Of a stretch of 64,000 nucleotides of DNA, positions 1 through 9,624 are shown one piece after another. The stretch covers positions 5,120,001 to 5,184,000 of the forward strand of contig CP170459.1 of assembly GCA_047947115.1 (NCBI GenBank). Direction: 5' to 3'. Every line of letters begins with the position of its first letter. The stretch's first letter is position 1. Source of the stretch: Verrucomicrobiota bacterium (GTDB taxonomy: Bacteria > Verrucomicrobiota > Verrucomicrobiia > Limisphaerales > AAA164-E04). The position numbers and the translations under genes were made by a program. The notes below the pieces were generated by a model, which had not been told where the DNA came from, ran no database searches, and saw only the letters and a program-made list of their open reading frames with translations.

Positions 1-1926
1 CTGAGCGGTGACATATCTGAATTCAATGTATTGGAAGGACATTGGTGCAGTTCCAATGGATACGATGCCATCAAAGCATTCGTGCGGGATCCGGAACTGG
101 CACGTATGGCTCGAATGATTGCCGAACGCCTGTGGTTGAATCGTTTTCTCACCTGGTCCCCGGTGGTGGAACGGATCACCGGCCCAGGAAGCCGCATGGC
201 GCCGGGAGCATGGCTCGGAACGAGTGGTGACCGCCTTCAATTCGCCACCGGAGTCGAGAAACCCATTTGGCTCAATGAATTCTTCGATTGGGGTGTTTGG
301 AAACAACCAGTCAACGGCGGTCGCTGGCCACTGGACGATGTTCAGGGCATGGTACCCGAACTTCCTGGCTACCTTCAGGACGTGGCCTGGCGCAAGAAAT
401 ATCCGAACACACTGCGGAGTTCCGTATACCTTGTTCCCTGGATGCACCGTTACCCCAAACTACCAGGCATCTCCAACACGACACCCGATCCGGTCTATGG
501 GGAAATGATCAACCATCAGACATCAAACTATACATTGGGCTCCATCAATCATCCCTACGAAGCCACCGAGTGCATGGTCTACGCCTCGGCCTGGTGGAAT
601 CATGAACAAGCAATACCCGAAGCTCCATTGGGCAGCCCAAAACGGTTCAGCGTTTTGTATCCACATTATATCTTCAATGGTGCCGCCTTCATGGATCGCA
701 CGGAAATCCATTTCCAGAATCATCCAGACCACCCCAAAACAGACGAATGGACACGCGAACCCGGCCCGTGGATGCGTGAGTTTGTCGAACAGGGGCGCGC
801 CGGACTGCTGCAGCATAAGAACACCATGATCTTCACTTACTCCGGACGCAATCGGGGGCATAACGATGTCCCTGTGGTTTCCGAAAAACTGAAACGGGTG
901 TCGGCCGGAATGTTTCTCTTCCGTTGGGAACCGGGCCTTGATGGACTATTCGTCAACGACCAACCCGTCACAAGCCTGCCGGTGGAACTCGAACCCGGCG
1001 ACTGGTGGTTCATTCACGACGGCGACACGTTCGCCGGCATTCGCCCTCTTTCATCCACGCATCTGGGAGGCGACTGCAAAACCACGCTGGAACAACGTAC
1101 CCGCCAGATTGCATTGTATCAGGACAATTTCAACGGGAACTCGATCGAAGGTATCCCGGACGAAGCCTGGGTCAAAGCCCGAAGCGGGTTCATCGTGGAA
1201 CTGGGCGATGTGGAGGAATACGGGTCGTTCGAAAAATTCCGCGACCTGATGCTCATGAGCAAAGTGGAAGAAGAGGCTGAAGGATTCATCCGCCATGTCC
1301 AATATCAACGCCCCGGTCGCAAACTTGAATTAATGTGGCATTGCTATAACGAAACGTATCTGACACGAAAAGTAAATGATGTGGACCAAAGGGATACCAG
1401 ATACCTGCAGTCACCCGAATTCGCTGTCGGACAGGGCACTTTGGAAACCCACGACGCACGCCTTCAATCCGACGAGGATAAAACCGTGTGGCTTCTTTCA
1501 GCCGAGCCTTCACAAACCTACGTGGCCTATCAACCGAACCCGCACGAACAACTACCCATTCAACTGAAAACACCCATTGCGAATATCCAAGCCGATCGCT
1601 TTCCGTTTGGAAAACTGGTGGTCAGCAAAGTATCCGATGAGGAAATTCATCTCGAAATAGATGCAGGATTCCGTCCTTTCTGGAGCAATGTCCGCTGGCG
1701 CGCCCAGGTCTGGCAGGATCTCGGAACACACCCAAGCGATATCTGGATTGAAAGTGATATCCGGAAAGTAACCGCCAACATCAATGGGGATGATATGCCT
1801 GTGGTTCGAGCGGAAAACCCTGACAAAACGACCTGGTTGCTTGATCCATATGCGAAACTACCCCGTGTAAAAGACCGCCTGGCACCTCCTGGTTCGCAGC
1901 GCATTGAAACCCCATCGAACAAGTAA
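1..1926 (+). CDS. Hypothetical protein, 5'-partial (>640 aa), Trp/aromatic-rich, possibly carbohydrate-active
   Basis: Frame is open from base 1 to TAA at 1924-1926; protein-like composition; no family recognised. Confidence 0.8.
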   Translation: MSGDISEFNVLEGHWCSSNGYDAIKAFVRDPELARMARMIAERLWLNRFLTWSPVVERITGPGSRMAPGAWLGTSGDRLQFATGVEKPIWLNEFFDWGVWKQPVNGGRWPLDDVQGMVPELPGYLQDVAWRKKYPNTLRSSVYLVPWMHRYPKLPGISNTTPDPVYGEMINHQTSNYTLGSINHPYEATECMVYASAWWNHEQAIPEAPLGSPKRFSVLYPHYIFNGAAFMDRTEIHFQNHPDHPKTDEWTREPGPWMREFVEQGRAGLLQHKNTMIFTYSGRNRGHNDVPVVSEKLKRVSAGMFLFRWEPGLDGLFVNDQPVTSLPVELEPGDWWFIHDGDTFAGIRPLSSTHLGGDCKTTLEQRTRQIALYQDNFNGNSIEGIPDEAWVKARSGFIVELGDVEEYGSFEKFRDLMLMSKVEEEAEGFIRHVQYQRPGRKLELMWHCYNETYLTRKVNDVDQRDTRYLQSPEFAVGQGTLETHDARLQSDEDKTVWLLSAEPSQTYVAYQPNPHEQLPIQLKTPIANIQADRFPFGKLVVSKVSDEEIHLEIDAGFRPFWSNVRWRAQVWQDLGTHPSDIWIESDIRKVTANINGDDMPVVRAENPDKTTWLLDPYAKLPRVKDRLAPPGSQRIETPSNK

Positions 1927-2282
1927 TTTGCAGTCATACTACCAAGGATTCCTATCTGGAAGGTCATGCTTGCATGAACCATCGGAATGCATCCGTTTGT
2001 TTTACCCAGGCTAACCTGGCTCAAAGCCTGACGCCCCCCTGGCTTTTGTATCCGTTCATCGCATGCCTTATGGAATTTCTTGCGGCGGCCATGTTCCCCT
2101 TCCTTCGATTACCGAATCCAGGCCCAGGAAAGAATCGCCCTGTTTGGAAAAGGGAATCACCATGACAAACCACATCAACATGAAAGCAGAAAGCAGGTGT
2201 ATGAGATTTCTAAATTTCTCTTCAGAAACTTTTTCTTCCTCACACAAGCCGGATCGAGTATGACAAGAGCACTTCCCTGCTC

Positions 2283-3833
2283 ATGGAAACGTTACGTCTA
2301 GGTACTTTGGACATTTCGCTGATCGTGATTTATCTCATCGTGATCGGTGGGCTCGGGCTTTGGTTCAGTCGAGGCATCAAGACTGGCAAGGATTTTTTCC
2401 TGGCTGGAAAGTCCCTTCCCTGGTGGGCTGCTGGTTTGTCGCTGGTCGTTTCCGATATCGGGGCAAAGGACATGATCGGTCTGGCCGGGGATGGCTATCG
2501 GTTTGGGGTGGTCATGATGAATTTTGATTTTCTGGGATGCATCCTGCCGGTGATCGTGGCGGCATTTCTGTTCATGCCCTACCTGTGGCTGGCCAATGTT
2601 TACACGGTTCCCGAATACCTAGGCAAACGTTACAACCAAACCGTCCGCACTTTCTTCGCCATCCTTTGGGTCCTGTTCATGGTAGGAACCCTGGCCACCA
2701 TCTTCGTCAGTGCAGCTTCCATGTTTGAAGGGATTCTGGGCTGGAGTTTCTGGCTGTCCGTCGGGGTCACCGCCGTGCTGGTGGGAATGTACACAACCGT
2801 TGGCGGACTGAAAGCGGTGGTTGTAACGGACGCTCTGTCATGCGTCATCCTGATCATCGGAGCGGGCATCATCTGTATCACCGGTCTGTCGGAAGTGGGC
2901 GGCATTTCGGCTCTGAAAGAGCAGATTCAAAGTCACGATTGGACCAAACACCATCTGGAGCTGCTGCCACCAGCCGATCATCCGGCATATCCCTGGCCTG
3001 CGGTGCTTTTGGGACTGGGATTTGTTTTGGGGCCTGCCTACTGGATCGGTAACCAGGCCATCGTGCAGCGAACCCTGGGCACGCGATCAGCAGCCGAAGC
3101 AAGGGCTTCCTACATTTTCTGCGCCGCCATCAAGCTGGTCTTCCCGTTACTGCTCGTGATTCCTGGATTGATCGGTATTGCGCTTCTCAGCAAGGAGCTT
3201 GGAGCGCCGGGTGATGATTGGAACGGCAACCAAGTGCTCCCCATGCTGCTCGTCAAATTATTGCCCCCTGGTGTTCTTGGAGTGGTCATCGGGGCTTTTC
3301 TCGCGGGCGTGCTTTCCAATCTGGATTCCTATGTCAATTCGGCAAGCACCATGCTTGTGCACGACTTCTACAAGGCATGGGTCCGCCCGGACGCAAGCGA
3401 CCGCCAATGTCTGGTTCTGGGACGCTGGCTGATTCCCGTTCTCCTTCTGGCCGGGGTGGGAGTGAGTTATCCCGTTCAGCAGGGCTTTGGATCCGTGTTC
3501 GAAGCCTTTCAAACATTCCTGTCCTTCATCCAGGGTCCACTGCTTGCCCTACTACTGTTTGGGATGCTGACCCGCCGGGCCAATGCCACGGGCGGATTGA
3601 TCGGCATGACCGGGGGGGTGACAACGGCCGCGTTGATGACTTTTTCCGAGGCTTTGTTCGGATTGGAAGGTGGCATTTCATTTCTGTGGGTTGCCTGGTG
3701 GAGCTTCGTCGTCTCGATGGCTGGAGTTGGATTAGGCAGTTTGTTGAAACCGCCCTACCCGGAAGACCGTCTCAAAGGGCTCATTGTGGGTAGTGTTTCC
3801 CCATCCCCTGACACGGAGGGCGGTCAAGCATGA
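2283..3833 (+). CDS. Sodium:solute symporter (SSS/SLC5 family)
   Basis: DFFLAGKSLPWW, YTTVGGLKAVVVTD and NQAIVQR motifs; many hydrophobic helices. Confidence 0.93.
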   Translation: METLRLGTLDISLIVIYLIVIGGLGLWFSRGIKTGKDFFLAGKSLPWWAAGLSLVVSDIGAKDMIGLAGDGYRFGVVMMNFDFLGCILPVIVAAFLFMPYLWLANVYTVPEYLGKRYNQTVRTFFAILWVLFMVGTLATIFVSAASMFEGILGWSFWLSVGVTAVLVGMYTTVGGLKAVVVTDALSCVILIIGAGIICITGLSEVGGISALKEQIQSHDWTKHHLELLPPADHPAYPWPAVLLGLGFVLGPAYWIGNQAIVQRTLGTRSAAEARASYIFCAAIKLVFPLLLVIPGLIGIALLSKELGAPGDDWNGNQVLPMLLVKLLPPGVLGVVIGAFLAGVLSNLDSYVNSASTMLVHDFYKAWVRPDASDRQCLVLGRWLIPVLLLAGVGVSYPVQQGFGSVFEAFQTFLSFIQGPLLALLLFGMLTRRANATGGLIGMTGGVTTAALMTFSEALFGLEGGISFLWVAWWSFVVSMAGVGLGSLLKPPYPEDRLKGLIVGSVSPSPDTEGGQA

Positions 3834-4042
3834 GCACAACCACATCCATTCTCCTGGGAACCATGGCGGGCAAGTTGGCTGTGTCGGCGGTTTTTACGCT
3901 ACTCATCCTGCTCTTGATCCTTCTTCCCAACTCCGTGCGTAACATGCTCAAGGAAGAACAACTTCCATGGTGGAAGCGTACGCGTCTATGGGCCATGGTG
4001 ATCGCTGCCATTCAGGTGCTTGTCTACCTGACTTTCGGCTGA
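3830..4042 (+). CDS. Small two-helix membrane protein coupled to the SSS gene
   Basis: ATGA overlap with the SSS stop; two hydrophobic segments; PWWK motif. Confidence 0.75.
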   Translation: MSTTTSILLGTMAGKLAVSAVFTLLILLLILLPNSVRNMLKEEQLPWWKRTRLWAMVIAAIQVLVYLTFG

Positions 4043-4303
4043 TGCAGCAAGATTTGTCCTGCTTGTTGCAAGAAACGTTATGCCATCCACATCCGGCGAT
4101 TCTAAGCTGGATGTGGATCATTTGATGGTTCCCCGTCAGCACATGTTGAAAACATGATAACAAATGCTAATGTGAATCAACTCACAAACATTCAGGCTGC
4201 GGATCAATCCATCATTGAATTTTCAAACTCATCAAAGAACCGCACATTCAACAGAAAATGAAGCACGAAGATCATCTAAAGTCTCAACCATTGGAATCCC
4301 ATC

Positions 4304-6370
4304 ATGAAAACTTTTAAAGCGAACGACATCAGGAATGTGGCCGTCGTGGGCCACGCAGGCTCCGGAAAAACCATGCTCTGCGAATCGATGCTGGTCTGTG
4401 GCGGAAACATCAACCGCTTGGGCAGCATTGAAGCCGGAACTACTACTTCGGATTTCCACGAAGACGAACAGGCTCACGGCATGTCTCTTCATGAAACTGT
4501 CCTGAATGTGGAATGGCTGGACAAAAAACTCAATATTCTGGACTGCCCCGGATACCTGGATTTCATTGGTGAAACGCTGAGCGCTTATCGGGTGAGCGAT
4601 TTCGCCCTGATCGTGATCAATGCCGCCCATGGCATCGAGGTCGGAACGGACCTGGTCTGGGATTTTGCCAACCAGCTCAACATACCGAAAATGGTCGTCG
4701 TCAATGACCTGGACAAAGAGCACGCTCAATTCGACGAAGTAATGGCAAAGCTGCGCGATCATTTCACTCCCAAGCTGTTCCCCCTGACTCTTCCCATCAA
4801 CCCGGGGCCGGGTTTCAACAAGCTCCTCGACGTGATGCGAAGCGAAGTCGTGACGTATGCTGATGACGACAGTGGCAAATATGAAGAAACCGCCGCAGAA
4901 GGAGATTTGAAGGACAAGGTCAAGGCATACCATGCTGAATTGATCGAACTCGTGGCGGGAGCGGATGATCAGCTCATGGAAAAATTTTTCGAACAGGAAA
5001 GCTTGTCCGAAGAAGAAATGCGCGCCGGACTTCACAAAGCACTGCTGGCCGAATCATTCATTCCCGTTTTCTGTGTTTCCGCCAAACACGATATCGGCGT
5101 TGCCCGACTGATGGACTTTATCGCCAAATACGGTTTTTCCCCTTCGGACCATCCCGGCACGGCAGGTAAAAATTCGGACGGAGATGAAGTGGAAATCAAA
5201 TCCGACAATCAGGATCCTGTTGCATTCGTTTTCAAGACTGCGGATGAAGCGCATGCAGGACAGTTTTCTTTCTTCAGGGTTTACTCCGGTGAACTGAACG
5301 CCGGATCGGAAATATACAACGCGACAAGGGGTTGTCATGAAAAGCTTGGACAATTGTTTGTCATGAACGGCAAGCAACGTGAATCCGTCAACAAACTGTG
5401 CGCAGGTGACATCGGAGCGACCATCAAACTGAAGGACACCCATACAGGCAACACCCTGTGCGATGCGAAATCCATCGTCCATCTCCCCCCCATCAACTAT
5501 CCGTCACCCAACACGGTCGTCGCAGTCACCATCGAAAACAAAGGCGACGAAGAACGTTTGGCAAACGGACTGGCGACATTGAAGGAAGAAGATCCCTCTC
5601 TGGAGTATCTGGTCCACCCCGAAACACACCAGACACTCCTCAGCGGCCAGGGAGAACTCCATATCCGCATTATCAAAGAAACACTTGAAAAACGATTCCG
5701 TGTGGTCGTCGAGATGGAAGCCCCCAAAATCCCGTTCCGTGAAACCATTCGATCCAAAGCTGACACGACCTACCGCTACAAAAAACAATCCGGTGGCGCA
5801 GGACAATTTGCAGAAGTCTGGCTAAGGGTCGCCCCCAATGATCGTGGCAGCGGCATTGAATTCAAACACAGCCTGACCGGACAAAATGTCGACCGTGGTT
5901 TCGTCCCATCAGTTGAAAAAGGAGTCAACGCCGCGTGTAACGAAGGCATTCTGGCAGGTTGCCGAATTGTGGATGTCAAAGTGGATTTTTATGACGGAAA
6001 AATGCACAGTGTTGATTCCAGCGACATCGCTTTTCAGATTGCAGGCAAGCACGCGTTCCAGGAAGCATTGAAGAAAGCGCAGCCTTACATCCTGGAACCC
6101 ATCTATGACCTTAAAATCAAGGTCCCGGAAACGTTGACAGGAGACGTCATGAGCGACCTTTCCGGACGTCGAGGTGTGATTGAAGGTTTGGATACCGAAG
6201 GGCACTTTCAGGTCATTCGTGCCAAGGCGCCCCAATTAGAACTCTACAATTACACTTCCACCCTGAGAGCACTCACCGGCGGTCGTGGAATGTTCAGCCA
6301 GTCATTCAGCCACTATCAGGAGCTTCCTTCGCACCTTCAGCAAAAGGCGGTCAAGCAAAGGGAGGATTGA
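4304..6370 (+). CDS. Elongation factor G paralog (EF-G II / FusA-like GTPase)
   Basis: GHAGSGKT, DCPGYLDF, GQGELH, KKQSGGAGQF and H.VDSS motifs; 688 aa; not in the rpsL-rpsG-tuf operon. Confidence 0.93.
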   Translation: MKTFKANDIRNVAVVGHAGSGKTMLCESMLVCGGNINRLGSIEAGTTTSDFHEDEQAHGMSLHETVLNVEWLDKKLNILDCPGYLDFIGETLSAYRVSDFALIVINAAHGIEVGTDLVWDFANQLNIPKMVVVNDLDKEHAQFDEVMAKLRDHFTPKLFPLTLPINPGPGFNKLLDVMRSEVVTYADDDSGKYEETAAEGDLKDKVKAYHAELIELVAGADDQLMEKFFEQESLSEEEMRAGLHKALLAESFIPVFCVSAKHDIGVARLMDFIAKYGFSPSDHPGTAGKNSDGDEVEIKSDNQDPVAFVFKTADEAHAGQFSFFRVYSGELNAGSEIYNATRGCHEKLGQLFVMNGKQRESVNKLCAGDIGATIKLKDTHTGNTLCDAKSIVHLPPINYPSPNTVVAVTIENKGDEERLANGLATLKEEDPSLEYLVHPETHQTLLSGQGELHIRIIKETLEKRFRVVVEMEAPKIPFRETIRSKADTTYRYKKQSGGAGQFAEVWLRVAPNDRGSGIEFKHSLTGQNVDRGFVPSVEKGVNAACNEGILAGCRIVDVKVDFYDGKMHSVDSSDIAFQIAGKHAFQEALKKAQPYILEPIYDLKIKVPETLTGDVMSDLSGRRGVIEGLDTEGHFQVIRAKAPQLELYNYTSTLRALTGGRGMFSQSFSHYQELPSHLQQKAVKQRED

Positions 6371-6395
6371 ACTCACACCTGAACGCATTGCATTC

Positions 6396-6431
6396 AACGC
6401 CCCGCCTTCTTGGCCGGGGCGTTTTTTCTTT
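6396..6431 (+). terminator. Intrinsic terminator after the EF-G paralog
   Basis: AACGCCCCG...CGGGGCGTT stem followed by a T-rich run. Confidence 0.75.
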
Positions 6432-6478
6432 AGCTGTAGGGGATTTTCAGGCAGTCTCTGCCAACGGTTTAGTTGCGC

Positions 6479-7459
6479 ATGACTTTGAAAGATTCCACAG
6501 TTTTGATTACGGGAGGAACCGGCTCATTTGGAAGCCGGGTGGCTCGGCATTTGCTCGAGAAATCTCCCGCACAGATCCGTATCTTTAGTCGGGACGAAAA
6601 AAAGCAGTGGGAAATGAAGCGGACGTTTCCGGACTTCCGCTACATGCTGGGTGATGTCCGCGACCCCATTCGACTGGCATCCGCCATGGAGGGGGTCGAT
6701 TTTGTGTTTCACGCTGCGGCGCTCAAACAGGTCGGTTCCTGCGAACAATACCCATTCGAAGCGGTCCAGACCAACATCATCGGCTCCAACCAGGCCTGCG
6801 CCGCCGCCAAGGCGGCGGGTGTGAAAACGTTTGTTGCGTTGAGCACGGACAAATCGGTGAAGCCCGTCAATGCCATGGGAGTAAGCAAGGCCATGATGGA
6901 AAAGATTGTCTGCAGTCAAAACCAGTTCGGCGGAGAAACGGTCTTTTGCTGCGTGCGATATGGTAACGTGATGGGCAGCAGGGGCTCGGTGATTCCGTTG
7001 TTCCAGGATCAACTGGACCGCGACTTGCCCCTGACTGTGACGGTTCCCGAAATGACGCGCTTCCTGATGACATTGGACCAGTCTGTCGACCTTGTTTTCC
7101 ATGCCATGACCCAGGCTCAGGGCGGTGAAATATTCGTCCGAAAGGCACCTGCCTCCACAGTGAAAGATCTGGCGGAAACCATGCGAACCCGGGCAGGCAA
7201 ACCCGATCACCCCATTCAAATCACCGGCATTCGGCCGGGTGAAAAGTTGCATGAAATCCTCGTGAACGAATACGAAATGCAGCGCATTGTGGAGGAACCC
7301 GATTACTACACCATCCATCCCGACTATCGCATCCCTTCCGAACTGACCCCCAAGCAACTTGGTGAAGAATTCACCAGCCAGAACACACAGCAGTTGTCGG
7401 CGGGTGAAGCTATCAACACCATGCTCGACGCGATGGGATCCCAGGAACTCTTTCACTAA
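6479..7459 (+). CDS. UDP-GlcNAc 4,6-dehydratase/epimerase (CapD/CapE/FnlA-like extended SDR)
   Basis: TGGTGSFG, SRDEKKQ, HAAALKQV, LSTDK, RYGNVMGSRGSVIP and GIRPGEKLHE motifs. Confidence 0.92.
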   Translation: MTLKDSTVLITGGTGSFGSRVARHLLEKSPAQIRIFSRDEKKQWEMKRTFPDFRYMLGDVRDPIRLASAMEGVDFVFHAAALKQVGSCEQYPFEAVQTNIIGSNQACAAAKAAGVKTFVALSTDKSVKPVNAMGVSKAMMEKIVCSQNQFGGETVFCCVRYGNVMGSRGSVIPLFQDQLDRDLPLTVTVPEMTRFLMTLDQSVDLVFHAMTQAQGGEIFVRKAPASTVKDLAETMRTRAGKPDHPIQITGIRPGEKLHEILVNEYEMQRIVEEPDYYTIHPDYRIPSELTPKQLGEEFTSQNTQQLSAGEAINTMLDAMGSQELFH

Positions 7460-7463
7460 TCGG

Positions 7464-8675
7464 ATGTTGGAAACCGTCCCATACACCATCATCGACCGTT
7501 GCAGAGCTTGCCACGCGCCTTCCTCATTGCTGATTCCTGCCTTGGAAATGGATCCCATGCCCTTGGCTGGACAATTCTGTATCAGCCGGAAAGAGGCTTA
7601 CGATGCCGTCTCAATGCCCTTGAGCTGGATCATCTGCGAACGATGTGGCCTCGTTCAAGTCCTGGAAGATGTCAACGACCGGGCTTTGTTCAAACACTAC
7701 AATTACGCCTCATCCACTGTCGGAGGACTGGTCAGGCATTTTGAACAATTTGCATGCATCCTTGCCGAGTCATACGAAAACTCCGAACCTGCTTTTCTGG
7801 AAATTGGCTGTAACGACGGAGTCCTGCTGAACAAACTCCCGGCCACTTGGACCAAGTGCGGAGTGGATCCAAGCGATGTGGCCAGAACAACGCATGAAAG
7901 CGCTTCAGATGCAGCGTATGAGCTGGTCAACAAACCGTTCACATCCACTCTAGTGGACCGGAAGCAATGGACCGGAAAATGGGACGTGATCAGCGGTTCC
8001 AACTGCCTGGCGCATATTTCAGACCTGCGGGACGTCTTCGAAGGGGTGGCTTCTGCCCTGCGTCCTAACGGCGAATTCTGGATCGAAGTCCACGATCTGG
8101 ACGCTCTTCTGGATGGTTCACAATGGGACACCATCTATCACGAACACAAGGCAGAGTGGAGTCTCGACGCATTGACAAACTGTTTGGGAACATTGGGATT
8201 TGAGAGAATTTCCTTCGAACGCATCCCCATGCACGGAGGGGCGCTTCGATGTCGCTTCAAAAAAACAGGTGAAAAGAAGTATTTGCAGGGGACGACCGAC
8301 ACCTACCTTCCCAAACTGGAAAAACTCTCATTGGCCTATCACCGGAGAAACGAGCATCCGACTGTTCGAACACTTCGTTCCGCCGTGAAAAACGGACAAC
8401 GTATCGCGGCTTTTGGCGCGGCAGGCAGAGCCAATGTTTACCTGAATCAAATGGTCGACCTGACCTTCACCTGGATTGTGGACGAATCTCCCCTGCGCAT
8501 CGGGAAATTCATTCCGTGCGTCGGAACTCCGATTGTAGATCCCTCCTCTCTCGATCAGGAGGCTCCAAAAAAATGCCTGATCACAGCTTGGAATTACAAG
8601 GATGACATCATCCGGAAAAACCCGAATTACCCGGGAGACTGGCTGACCGCTTTCCCGATTCACCAAGAATCATGA
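7464..8675 (+). CDS. NDP-sugar C-methyltransferase (Zn-binding class I SAM methyltransferase)
   Basis: CxxC...CxxC N-terminus, EIGCNDG, NCLAH, DTIYHEH, HGGALR and AFGAAGR motifs; ATG at 7464 just after the upstream stop. Confidence 0.88.
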   Translation: MLETVPYTIIDRCRACHAPSSLLIPALEMDPMPLAGQFCISRKEAYDAVSMPLSWIICERCGLVQVLEDVNDRALFKHYNYASSTVGGLVRHFEQFACILAESYENSEPAFLEIGCNDGVLLNKLPATWTKCGVDPSDVARTTHESASDAAYELVNKPFTSTLVDRKQWTGKWDVISGSNCLAHISDLRDVFEGVASALRPNGEFWIEVHDLDALLDGSQWDTIYHEHKAEWSLDALTNCLGTLGFERISFERIPMHGGALRCRFKKTGEKKYLQGTTDTYLPKLEKLSLAYHRRNEHPTVRTLRSAVKNGQRIAAFGAAGRANVYLNQMVDLTFTWIVDESPLRIGKFIPCVGTPIVDPSSLDQEAPKKCLITAWNYKDDIIRKNPNYPGDWLTAFPIHQES

Positions 8676-9457
8676 AACGTGTCATCATCCTGGGATCCAA
8701 CGGCATGCTTGGCCACATGGTTCACCGTTATCTGTTGAAACATGGTTTGGATGTCATTGCGTTTGATGATCGATGGTCTTCCTCGAATCACCACGAACTT
8801 TCAAAAAAGCTCGAAAAACTGGAACCGGACGCATGCATCAATGCCATCGGCGTTCGGGAACGTAGTCCCGGGGGAACAGACCACCTTATGTGGACCAATG
8901 GCGCATTACCCGGGCTGATTTCACAAGCCTTACCCGCAGACACCTTGTTCATTCACGCCAGTTCGGACGCTGTGTTTGCATCGGACCGCAATGAATGCGC
9001 GTGGGACCTTCCTCATGATCCGGACACTGAATACGGACACTCAAAAAGCCTGGGGGAACTGGGGCTCAAAAGAGCCAATGACTGGATCATCCGCAGTTCC
9101 ATCATCGGTCCCGAAGTTTCCACACAAAAATCCCTCATGAGTTGGTATCTTCACCAACGCCAACCGGTGAAAGGATTCACAAACCAGATCTGGAACGGCA
9201 TCACCACTCTCGAATGGGCCCGACTTGGTCTAAACATCATCAAGGGGAAAATCATTGATTGCGAGAAGGTCCTGCAACCCGGCATTCTGCCTCCGGTCAG
9301 CAAACATGCATTGCTCAAAATGATCAGCCGGGTTTTGAACCATCCGACCGACGTCCTCCCTCAGGCATCAGATTTCCCGGTTCAACGATCCCTTGTACCC
9401 AACGTGGATGGTCCCTCACTGGAAGAACAACTCATGCAGTTGGCCTCCTTCGACTGA
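8672..9457 (+). CDS. NDP-4-keto-sugar reductase (RmlD-like)
   Basis: GSNGMLG, HASSDAVF, YGHSK and IIRSSIIGPE motifs; ATGA overlap with the upstream gene. Confidence 0.85.
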   Translation: MKRVIILGSNGMLGHMVHRYLLKHGLDVIAFDDRWSSSNHHELSKKLEKLEPDACINAIGVRERSPGGTDHLMWTNGALPGLISQALPADTLFIHASSDAVFASDRNECAWDLPHDPDTEYGHSKSLGELGLKRANDWIIRSSIIGPEVSTQKSLMSWYLHQRQPVKGFTNQIWNGITTLEWARLGLNIIKGKIIDCEKVLQPGILPPVSKHALLKMISRVLNHPTDVLPQASDFPVQRSLVPNVDGPSLEEQLMQLASFD

Positions 9458-9624
9458 AAATTGACAAATATTGTTCTTTTTTCAAACCCCACCTGAAACT
9501 ACCCAGAAATTGACTTTCAACCTCACTTTAATGGGCGTAGTGTGACGTCTGTTGAAGTCCAATAGAATTTCTTTGAATGAGAAGGTTGCAATCAATGATG
9601 TGGAATAACAAAAAAGGCGCCGAC

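Noticed and set aside
6524..7558. 344-aa minus-strand ORF, and similar ORFs at 4232-5035, 34666-35598, 37077-37976 and 53500-54372
   Set aside because: All are antisense to confidently identified genes, as expected from codon bias
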